Positions 54,000-64,000 of a stretch of DNA of 64,000 nt are shown here, in pieces (within the stretch, counting starts at the first letter, position 1; every line of letters begins with the position of its first letter). The stretch is taken from positions 58,714,001 to 58,778,000 of the forward strand of contig OX597825.1 in NCBI GenBank assembly GCA_951406725.2, given 5' to 3'. Under the pieces are notes generated by a model. The model saw only the letters and a program-made list of their open reading frames with translations, searched no databases and had not been told where the DNA came from. The position numbers and the translations under genes were made by a program. This DNA is from Octopus vulgaris. Lineage: Eukaryota.

Positions 54000-54540
54000 T
54001 TTACTCTTTTACTTGTTTCAGTCATTTGACTGTGGCCATCATGGAGCACCACCTTTAGTCGAACAAATTGACCCAGGACAAATTCTTTGTAAGTCTAGTA
54101 TTTATTCTATCGGTCTCTTTTGCCGAACCGCTAAGTTACGGGGACATACACATCATCATCATCATTGTTCGACCGTGGTCGAGACAATGGACTTTACCAT
54201 GCTACGCCAGACTTCACGGTCCATCATGGCATTACGGAGGTCCTGTTGCTGGATGTCTGTATCCCTGGAGATTACATCAGGGTAGGAGAGTGTGCGCCCT
54301 CTGGTATTGCGAGTAGATGGCTTCCAGAGGAGAAGAGTAGAAATTACTTCTTTTTCAGCTCTACAACAATGTCCAGCAAACTGGACTCTCCTACCTTTCA
54401 CAAGAGATGACACAGGTGGTAGTTTCTCATATATTTGCATTTTGGTTGGATGGCGCTTCCACGAGAGATACACACACCAACATCAGTTGTCAAACGATGG
54501 TGGGGGGGAACAAACTCAGACACAAAGGCACACACACACA
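54000..54540 (-). mobile_element. Family C SINE 3' half, interrupted by an RTE insertion
   Basis: SINE sequence resumes after 54474. Confidence 0.8.
54153..54467 (-). mobile_element. RTE-clade LINE 3' end with (TGA)n tail
   Basis: RRVQFAGHCCR...LLLWKP...RGR...AMMDREVWR; TSD ATACACA at 54146-54152 and 54468-54474. Confidence 0.85.
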
Positions 54541-54644
54541 CAGCACGGTAATAATTATATAAAGTTTGTCGAGTCGAGAACCAAATTAGCCGGTGTGCTC
54601 GAGAGAAACTAGTTTTTTGCACACACACACACACACACACACAC

Positions 54645-55636
54645 GGCGGAGGTAAAGATCATGGCCCGCACCCCCTTTGCGATTTTTGGAGGGTTTTATT
54701 TTTATATGAACACACTATATCGAGGGCGCAGATTCCGAATCTGCAAAAAAATCTGCATTTCAAAATTTAGATCCACGCCTTCTCCCCCCTCTCCTAAATT
54801 TCTTAAATTTTCACTTATTAAAAAAAATTTTTTAGGCGAAATACGTAGAAAAATGGGGAGATTCTGACAAACAAATTTAGTAAAATTTCAATTTTTCAAA
54901 ACAAAATAATAAATACCCCTTCTGCCCTCCGCCCTATGACAAAAAGTGAAATTAAAGTGTTATCTCTACTAATGTTTCACGCATGCATAGAATTATAAAA
55001 TAACAGACGCAAAAAGTATCTAAACAGAAAACCTGACATGCTAGAAAGACGTTTTCAAAATTTTAATACGAGTTACCAAAGAAGAAAAAAATTCCAAATT
55101 TAAACCCGCCCCAACCGGAAATGTGACAAGCTAGAAACAACAGCCAAACCGAGGATCAACTTTCTAAATACGAATTACCAAAAGAGAAAAAAAAAATTTT
55201 TATGTCATTTTGTTGTGTGTGCAAAAAATCTAATTTTTACATACCTCTCTTAATTCCAAAAGATCTTCAACCACATGTTCGCCATGACACATTAGTAGAG
55301 AAAACACTTCAATTTCACTTCTTGTCATAGGGCAGAGGGGACGAGGGTTGTTTATTTCATTTTTTTTCTTGTTTTTGAAAAATTGAAATTTTACAGAAAT
55401 GTTTTTTTCTTCAGAATCATAATCTCCGTATTTTTCTACGTATTTCGCCATTTTTTTTAAAGTGAATATTTAAGAAATTTAAGTAGAGGGGGGAGGGTGA
55501 AGTGGGGTACGGATTTAAATTTTGAAATGCAGATTTTTTTGCAGATTCGGAATCTCCGCCCTCGATATAGTGTATTCCTGTAAAAAAGAAAAAAAATATC
55601 GCAAAAGGGGTGCGGTCCATGATCTTTACTTCCGCC
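54645..55636. mobile_element. Foldback/MULE-like non-autonomous element with ~330 bp TIRs
   Basis: GGCGGAGGTAAAGATCATGG...CCATGATCTTTACTTCCGCC; arms 54645-54980 and 55285-55636. Confidence 0.85.
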
Positions 55637-55959
55637 TGCCCCCCTTCCTTACACACAGACATCTTTTCCTTCTTTGGACTTTTCCCTTTCTCCTTTCCGC
55701 TTACCGACGAAAAGCTATGCTCGAAACGTCAAACTGTTTCTATCTGGGACTATAAAAAATCTACAAAACATTCTTAAGATTTCAAAGACGATGAACAAGG
55801 CATTATGCGTTCCTTCAGGACCTTGCTTCGAAGAAGGCCGGTCAAAATTCACTCTAAATTTTAAAAAAATACTTACACACACACACACAATCACACAAAT
55901 ATACATAAACGAACGCACTCCACACGCATATTTGTGGATGTATGAATGCGTGTAATTGT

Positions 55960-56300
55960 GGGTGCCGTATGGCTTAGTGGTTAAGACGTTCGCTTCGCAA
56001 ACTCGAGGTTTCCGTTTCGATCTCAATGCGTGGCATCATGGACAAACGTGATTTTTTTATAGTCTCGGCTCGATCCATTCCTTGTGGATGAACTTGTGCA
56101 GATAGAAACTATATGGAAGCCCGTCGGATGGATTGTACCTATGATTCAATGAAATACAGCCCTGTTACACGCTGGCGCCGCCTGACAATTACATCAAAGG
56201 GACACGTGTCTATGGAATACTTGGTCACTTACACATACGTTCAGGAGCAGGCGATTCAGTTGATTAAGCAACTGACTCATTGTCGAACGAGCGTGACCAG
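55960..56300 (+). mobile_element. Diverged tRNA-derived SINE with a family A-like 3' part
   Basis: A box TGGCTTAGTGG, B box GTTTCGATCTC; AAGGGACACGTGTCTATGGA...GAGCAGGC. Confidence 0.6.
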
Positions 56301-56319
56301 CTAAGGCTATACTCTTTTC

Positions 56320-56537
56320 CTCTTTACTCTTTTACTTGTTTCAGTCATTTGACTGCGGCCATGCTGGAGCACCGCCTTTAATCGAGCAACTCGACCCCGG
56401 GACTTATTCTTTTGTAAGCCCAGTACTTATTCTATCGGTCTCTTTTGCCGAACCACTAAGTAACGGGGACATAAACATACCAGCATCGGTTGTCAAGCAA
56501 TGCTAGGGGGACAAACACAGACACACAAACACACACA

Positions 56538-56600
<63 letters not shown>

Positions 56601-56779
56601 GTACGACGGGCTTCTTTCAGTTTCCGTCTACCAAATCCACTCACAAGGCTTTGGTCGGTCTGAGGCTATAGTAGAAGACACTTTCCCAAGGTGTCACGCA
56701 GTGGGACTGAACCCGGAACTGAACCCGGAACCATGTGGTTGGTAAACAAGCTACTTACCACACAGCTACTCCTGCGCCT
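56320..56779 (-). mobile_element. Family C SINE, full length
   Basis: Head AGGCGCAGGAGTAGCTGTGTGGTAAG..GGTTCAGTCCC; tail AAACAAGTAAAAGAGTAAAG. Confidence 0.9.
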
Positions 56780-57597
56780 ATGAATATTATCCAACCATTT
56801 CGTTCTTGATCTACCCCCAGGGTCTCCTGTCGATTAGCTCGGCTTGAAGAATCCGTCTTGCGATTCTTTCCTATGACCTCTCAACGCGGAGAAATAGTAG
56901 CTCGACCTGGAGTAACTCCTTGATCTTTGAGCTTGCACCCTGTCGAGCGATATTATTCTGGAGACCCCCTGGAGGATCCCCATTCCCATCGCTTCTATTC
57001 GCGATTGTATTCTTTCTTTCGTTATCCAACATTCATTTCCTTCTCAGTAATTTAACCCTTTAGTGTTCAGATTAATCTGTCAAATATAACATTTGTTTAT
57101 TTATACTGTTTCGAATTAATCATGCATTATCTTGTAGTTTAGAGATTTCGATGATGTGATTGTTTGACATTTTGGTTTGATATGGCCGGTTTGAATGCTT
57201 AAGGGGATAGATATGGATCTATCCCCCCAAATGTGTTTGTATTATATTCTGAAATAATCATATCGATTAACAATCCTAAACTTTACGTTCACTTTCATTT
57301 TTTAGAATCACTCTATTATTACTCTCATAAACGGTATCGATGTTGTTTAAACTATCGGGATTTGGTACATCCTGTTTAAAACCCATCATTTTTCCTTTGA
57401 ATTCATATTTGTTCTAAAAAGTAATCCTTTTAAAAATAACACTTTCATATCTATTAGATATTTGCATTCTTCTTACTTGACACTACAACTTTGTGTCAAA
57501 GAATTTTGACATTCCTTCATTTTTTTATTCATTCGTTTTAGCTTTGTCATTCATATACTATTTTTGAAATATGAGTTTTATTATTGCTCACGTCGTA

Positions 57598-58450
57598 AAG
57601 GCGACGAACTGGTAGAATCGTTACCGCTCCGGGCAAATTGCTCGGCGGTGTTTCGTCCGTCTTTACATTCTACTTTCAAATTCCGCTGAGATCGACTTTG
57701 CCTTTCATCCTTTCGGGGTTGATAAAATAAGTTATCAGTTGGAGTCCATGTAATCGACATTCCCCCTCACCCGAAATTGCTGGCCTTGTGCCAAAATTTG
57801 AAACCAATATTTTTCACGCCATAAGAATTTAAAAACTTCGAGAGGTATGAAGTAAATTATTTTTAAAGATAGGACTTGAAGATAAAGCTATTTATAATTT
57901 CGTGTTAAATATTGATATTAAGTTTTAAAAACTTCTGGATAGAAAAAGTCGAAAGTTGTTCGTGGGACTCGAACCCACATCTTCTGTAAACACTTAGTCA
58001 TTATGTCATCTCGTTTTAAGCCGGCGAGCTGGCAGAATCGTTAGCGCTCCGGGTGAAAAGCTTAGCGGCATTTAGTCCGTTTGCATTCTGAGTTCAAATT
58101 CCGCCGAGGTCGACTTTGCCTTTCATCCTTTCGGGGTCGATAAATTAAGTACCAGTTACGCACTGGGGTCGATGTAATCGACTTAATCCCTTTGTCTGTC
58201 CTTGTTTGTCCTCTCTATGTTTAGCCCCTTGTGGGCAATAAAGAAATAAGAATCGTTAGCGCTCCGGGTGAAAAGCTTAGCGGCATTTAGTCCGTTTACA
58301 TTCTGAGTTCAAATTCCGCCGAGGTCTACTTTGCATTTCATCCTTTCGGGGTCGATAAATTAAGTACTAGTAAAACACTGGTATCGATGTAATCGACTAG
58401 TCCCCACCCTCCGGAATTTCAGGCCTTGTGCCTTTAGGAGAAAGGATTAT
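57598..58450 (+). mobile_element. Family B SINE copies (57598-57810; tandem pair 58020-58450)
   Basis: Repeated family B body. Confidence 0.85.
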
Positions 58451-58689
58451 GCCATTTCGTTTAATCATTATGCCATTTCGTTTCACTCATTGGACTGCGG
58501 CCATGCTGGGGTTCCACCTTGAAGGGATTTTTAAAAAATGACCTCAGCGCTATTTTTTTTTCAAGTTTGTTTCATATTCTATCGGTATCTTTTGCTGAAC
58601 TCCTATGATTACAGTAACGTTAACAAACTATACACTGGTTGTCAATCAAGCGGTGGGGAGGGCAGACACAAACACACGTATATATGATA

Positions 58690-58905
58690 ATGATTTCAAA
58701 ATCTAGCAGAAGACCAACAATTCCAGGGGAGGGGATGATTCGATTACATTGACCCCGGTACTCAAATGGTACTTATTTTATCGAACTCAAAAGGGTGAAA
58801 GGCAAAGCAGACCTCAGCGGAATTTGAACTCAGAACGTGGAAAAGTATGAAATATCACTAAGCACTTTGCCTGGCGTGCTATCGATTCTGTCAGCTCGCT
58901 GCCTT
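58690..58905 (-). mobile_element. Family B SINE
   Basis: Family B body on the minus strand. Confidence 0.8.
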
Positions 58906-58916
58906 ACATGTATATA

Positions 58917-60149
58917 CACGGACACGCAGGAAGTAAATAGACACCTTTAATTTTCAAAATCTTTTATTTAATACGCAAAGCGAACAATCATAATGTAAAC
59001 GATAGATAGGACTACATACTTTAGTAATTAGTTGACATTCCCTTTGCAGTTTTTAATTCAGAAATTCTTTTTGCCATTGAACTGATGAGCTTTGTGATTG
59101 TCTCTTGTGGAATTTCTGCCCACTTTTCGTGCGACAATCGAAACAATTCATCATTAGATTTAGGTCTCTGTCGAGTTTTTCGTATAGCTCTATCTAGTAT
59201 GCTCCAAAGATTTTCAATTGGGTGCATGTCAGGAGATTGGCTCGGCCTAAGAAGCTTTTTGATCCCATTTTCAGTCAACCATTGTTGATTCCTTTTCGCT
59301 GTGTGGCATGGAGCCCCATCTTCCATGAATAAAAACTCATTTTTCGTTATATTACCGTATGAATACATCGGAAGTAGTCCTTGCTTAAGTATTTCGATGT
59401 ATTTTTCAGAGTTTATGGTTCGAACACATTTTATCAGCTCAGAATGACCATTGCTAGTGACAGCTCCCCATACCATTACAGAGATACCGCCATGTTTCAC
59501 AGTTGGTTGGAATCGTTTCAAATTAAATTCTTGATTGGGAAGCCACCAGACCCAAGCACGTCCACTGTCTGAAAATAATGCAAATCTGGATTCATCTGAG
59601 AAAATCACTCTATCCCAAAATGAATTGGATTTTCCTGACATTTCCTTAGCCCATTTTTTTCTTTTCACGATATTAATTGGTTGAAGGAGAGGTTTTCTTC
59701 TAACTCTCGTCCATAATACCCAAGCTTATGCAGATATGTAACACACGTTCTTGCTGTTTTGCAATGTGAAAAGCCTTGGAACGGGGTTCGTTTTTCACAA
59801 TTCTCTTCAAACAGCGAAGCTTCCTTTCCGACGGCCCAGGTCGGCCGGGACGAGAATCTGTTGATTCTTTTCCTTGGCTTTTGAACTGCACTATATTAAC
59901 AGTAGCAAGAGGAATTTGAAGATTTTCAGCAACTTTTCGCTCAGATTTCCCAACAATACGACCTCTTTGAAAATCTGACAATTTTTTGTGCGTGGCATGG
60001 TTACTCTTCGCAAATGTTTAATATAATGGCACCTGAAATGAAAAGGAATAATTACATTGTAAATTCTACACCGCTGAAAACATATTAAGACGCTTAGATC
60101 AGAAATTTTGAAAATTAAAGGTTTTCTACTTACTTCCTGCATGTCTGTG
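58917..60149 (-). mobile_element. Near full-length Tc1 transposon (DD34E), TA TSD
   Basis: ~45 bp TIRs CACGGACACGCAGGAAGTAAATAGACACCTTTAATTTTCAAAAT and ATTTTGAAAATTAAAGGTTTTCTACTTACTTCCTGCATGTCTGTG; TA on both sides. Confidence 0.95.
59021..59998 (-). pseudogene. Tc1 transposase, frameshifted
   Basis: VIFSDES...FMEDGAPCH...SPDMHPIE with 34 residues between D and E; the N-terminal HTH ([13 protein letters not shown]) lies in other frames. Confidence 0.9.
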
Positions 60150-60151
60150 TA

Positions 60152-60983
60152 TAATCCTTTCCACTGAAGACATAATGCCTGAAATTTTGTGGGGATGAGT
60201 CGATTACATAGATCCCAATGCGTACGTGGTACTTATTTCATCGACCCCGAAAGTATGAAAGGTAAAGTCAACCCCGGCAGAATTTGAACTCAGAACGTAA
60301 GGATGGACAAAAATGCCGCTAAGTATTTCGTCCGGCATTCTAACGATTCTGCCAGCTCGCCGCCTTACATGTATATATAATAATCCTTTCTACTATAGTC
60401 ACAAGGCTTGAAATTTGTGGAGACGACAGAATTTTGGTGGGAGAGGATGAGTCAATTACATCGACCCCAGTGTACAACTGGTACTTATTTTATCGACCCC
60501 GAAAGGATGAAAGATAAATTCGACCTCAGCAGAATTTGAACTCAGACCGTAGCGACGGGCAAAATACCTATTTCTTTACTACCCACAATGGGCTAAACAC
60601 AGAGAGGACAAACAAAGACAGACAAACGAATTAAGTCGATTATATCGACCCCAGTGCGTCACTGGTACTTAATTTATCGACCCCGAAAGGATGAAAGGCA
60701 AAGTCGACCTCGGCGGAACTTGAACTCAGAACGTAGCGGCAGACGAAATACTTATTTCTATTTGTTTACTACCCACAAGGGGCTAAACACAGAGGGGACA
60801 AACAAGGACAGACAAACGGATTAAGTCGATTATATCGACCCCAGTGCGTAACTGGTAATTATATAATCGACCCTGAAAGGCAAAGTCGATCTCGGCGGAA
60901 TTTGAACTCAGAAAGCAATGGCAGACGAAATACGGCTACGCATTTCGCCTGGCGTGCTAACGTTTCTGCCAGCTCGCCGCCTT
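60152..60983 (-). mobile_element. Head-to-tail array of four family B SINE units
   Basis: ATCGACCCCGAAAGGATGAAAGG..GAATTTGAACTCAGAA recurs near 60240, 60492, 60676 and 60866. Confidence 0.9.
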
Positions 60984-61343
60984 ATAATAATAATAACAAT
61001 GATAAAACAGATGAATATATGGTATATCTACAAATGTTTCATTAAGAGATTTTATAGTGGCATAACATTATAGAGGAAGGCATGTATAAAGGCGCACATC
61101 TATACATAAAATCCATCCGTGTATTTTATTATGGCATCATAGCATGCCTATAATTCCATATTACATTCGATAATCTTGGATTTACATCATACTGAACACC
61201 AATGAGCTTTCCTTTATTGATGCAGTCTTCGCTGACTTGATTGCTTTATCTGTTGATTTGTGCCATACTGTGTAGCCATGATAAGTGGCGTGCTTCACAT
61301 TCAATCTGCTTTGATCTATTCATCAGATCTTCATCAAATATGT

Positions 61344-61554
61344 ACGTGGCGGGTGCTGAAAAGTTCCTGATTTTAAGGGTATCACAAAAGGACTTATTGG
61401 AGGCTCAACCTTCCGAGTTATTTACAGGGCTTAGAAAAACTGAAGGACTGCTGCAATAAGTGTGTGAATCTGAGAGGGGAATATGTTAAATAAAATCATA
61501 ACTGATCCTCTATTTTTTTTACCCCAAATCAGGAAATTTTCAGCGGCCCTCTTG
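61344..61554. mobile_element. mariner-type MITE
   Basis: TIRs GGGTGCTGAAAAGTTCCTGATTT and AAATCAGGAAATTTTCAGCGGCCC. Confidence 0.7.
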
Positions 61555-61712
61555 TATGTACGTACGTACGTATGTATGTATGTATGTATGTATGTATGTA
61601 TGTATGTATGTATGTATGTATGTATGTATGTATGTATGTATGTACGTACGTACGTACGTACGTGTATGTGTAAGTATGCGTACGTGTATGTGTATGCATG
61701 TGTGTTTGTGTT

Positions 61713-61875
61713 TACGACTGGCTTCCATAGTTTCCATCTTCTAAATACACTCACAAGGTATTGGTCAGCCGAGGGCTATAGTCGAAGAAACATACCCAAA
61801 GTGCTGCACAATGGGGCTGAACCCGAAACCAGGTGGTTGCAAAGAGAGCTTCTTAACTATACTGTCGTGCCTATG
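61713..61875 (-). mobile_element. Family C SINE 5' half
   Basis: CACTCACAAGG..GGCTATAG..CTGAACCCGAAACC. Confidence 0.7.
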
Positions 61876-62630
61876 CCTTCATTTATATTAATGATAGATA
61901 ACTTATTCACAGTGCCATTAGCATTCTCGATGCATTCATAACAGGAAGAAAAAAATAATAAACAATTAGACAGAATTAGACAGTATATTCAAGGAGTGGG
62001 GGAATCAGAAGTTTATTTAAAATAAAGCCCTTAACTAAGAGATGTATTCGTCTGTTTTTTTTAGCAGAAAGAGTCTTTCTTTTTGGGGGTTTTTTTTTGG
62101 GGGGGGGGGGTCGTTTTCTCTTCTAGCCGTGTGCCACTGTTAAAAAAGAATATATCTATTGTTAAATGAAGTTAAGTTGAATTCCTATGATTTCTTCTTC
62201 AAGGAATTAGCCAATAGACTGAGAAATTTATTTGCGGTGTAGCGCGAGGACCAGCAGCAAAAGCCGGGAGGACGCCCGAGGGTGGGGGAGCCACCTAAAC
62301 TTGAACATGTGCGGGCGGTGGAGGCGGGACCAGGAGAGGGGGAGGAGGTCGTGAAAGATTTTTGGTGGTCTGCGAGGGGAGTATCGAGGCGAGGGAGGAG
62401 TGTCGGGACGGTGATAAGGGTGTTCTGGTGAGTGAGGAGGGATATGAGGTGCTCATGGTGTCATTGGTGGGCTGTGGTTATGTGACGCTCTGTCGCCCAT
62501 GGTGGAATATGAAGATTTAAAAATGGAGATATAATTATGTACAATATAGAAAAAAAAAACACGATGATGAAAATGTGAACTTTTTGTTTTCAAATAAGGG
62601 TGGGGAGAGGAGAGAGTGTCCAAAATCGTG

Positions 62631-62677
62631 TGTAAATATAACCACTCGACTTTAGGGGTCGAGTGGTTATATTTACA
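62631..62677. repeat. Perfect 20 bp hairpin with TTTAGGG loop
   Basis: TGTAAATATAACCACTCGAC tttaggg GTCGAGTGGTTATATTTACA. Confidence 0.9.
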
Positions 62678-62945
62678 TTTTATCATTATTCATAATTTCA
62701 TTCGTTTCTTTTATTTTTTCTTCTTTGCTCGATTTCTTTTTTGTATTTTTATTTCCCCGATTTTATGTTTTGCATTGTCTTTTGTGCTGTATAAACCTCT
62801 ATATTTGGCCCCTTGTGGGTAATAAAAAAAAAATGAGGACGTTGGTGTTGCCTTGGCGGAGGTTTGCGCTCTGTGAGTGCTCTTGCTTTTTTTGTGTACA
62901 TTGAGTTCTAACACCAGGTTATTAATATTGCTATACCTAAGCGAA

Positions 62946-63028
<83 letters not shown>

Positions 63029-63040
63029 CATACATACATA

Positions 63041-63593
63041 CATGGTGGCTGCCCCCTCGTTATCGAGTATGGCCATTGCACGAAGCTTAATCAATGTTGT
63101 TATCGTGCAATGCCTCTGCAAGAAGATATTTTTTTAAGTGAGGAAAGGCTGTGGACTGAGTCAACCCCACTCACTAAGCAACAGCAGCTATAATCCGAAA
63201 AGAAGAACAAGTCAACATCATCGGTAACCACTGAGCCGCAGGTTTTATGTCGGAGTTATCCCAGTTACTTGAGTTGCCTTCTAGAAGGATGCCCTGACAA
63301 AGGCTAGAAGTCCTTCACTCCCAATGGTTTAACTGCGCGATCGGGTATTCAATCCGATTATTTCTATGTCCCCGCGCATGATACAGCTTTAAGACATTTA
63401 TTGGATGGCCGTTGACTCTCAAGAGTTTCTCCGCCCTTTGATGGGTTTTGTTTTTCATCCCGCAGGGTGACCAATAAACACCCTCCTCACCAAGCGAGCT
63501 TGGTGGGGTTGACGGTTTAGTCGCCGACGACCCGACCATGCAACAGGTAGTACTGGGTTACATGTTACCAGTAGCACTCGAAAGTGACCTGAC
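63041..63593 (-). mobile_element. Non-coding ~550 bp retroposon-like insert within (CATA)n, possibly RTE-related
   Basis: Bounded by (CATA)n on both sides; structured 5' end on the minus strand; no credible ORF. Confidence 0.4.
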
Positions 63594-64000
63594 ATACATA
63601 CATACATACATACATACATACATACATACATACATACATACATCCAACACCAGAGCTGAAGACACCTTCGAAAGGGGGGGGCGCCACGTCAAAACGGTAG
63701 AGGAGTAGGGACCGAAATCAGACGTGGTTCCTCCTGATGATGTTTTGAGCTAACTGGATCCTGTAAAGGAGCTGTTGTGGTAGCAGACCACGAAACACGG
63801 TTTTAATTCCATACATACATACATACATACATACATACATACATACATACATACATACATACATACATACATACATACATACATACATACATACGTACAT
63901 ATGCAAAGATATTACTTACTGATAAAATACCTTCTTGGTTTTGATGATCTTTAATGTCAAATCAAGCTTATACTATGTCTGTGTTTCTCGTATGTTGTCA

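Noticed and set aside
63650-63800. CTGAAGA/CTGATGA and GAAAC boxes suggesting a hammerhead
   Set aside because: The boxes cannot be joined by consistent stems I and II.

Overview
AT-rich, microsatellite-dense eukaryotic non-coding DNA, probably intronic or intergenic. The SINE families look like those of a coleoid cephalopod (Octopus); that assignment is an inference from recalled repeat sequences. No host protein-coding exon can be supported, and most listed ORFs are translations of simple repeats. Recognisable content is decayed mobile DNA: CR1-, R4/Dong-, RTE- and L1/Tx1-type LINE fragments, three abundant tRNA-type SINE families, Tc1/mariner, Tigger, hAT and long-TIR DNA elements, and Helitrons. 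The most interesting signal is RNA-structural. At 18438-19470 a ~344-356 bp tandem unit carries three type I hammerhead ribozyme (HHR) motifs and switches strand at one of them, resembling a non-LTR retrozyme or a non-autonomous Penelope-like element. At 23718-24655 a ~940 bp palindrome is built from two tRNA-headed SINE-like copies whose 3' parts carry a minimal HHR. Further minimal HHR-like cores are scattered through the window. All alignments and folds were done by eye, and most boundaries are approximate.
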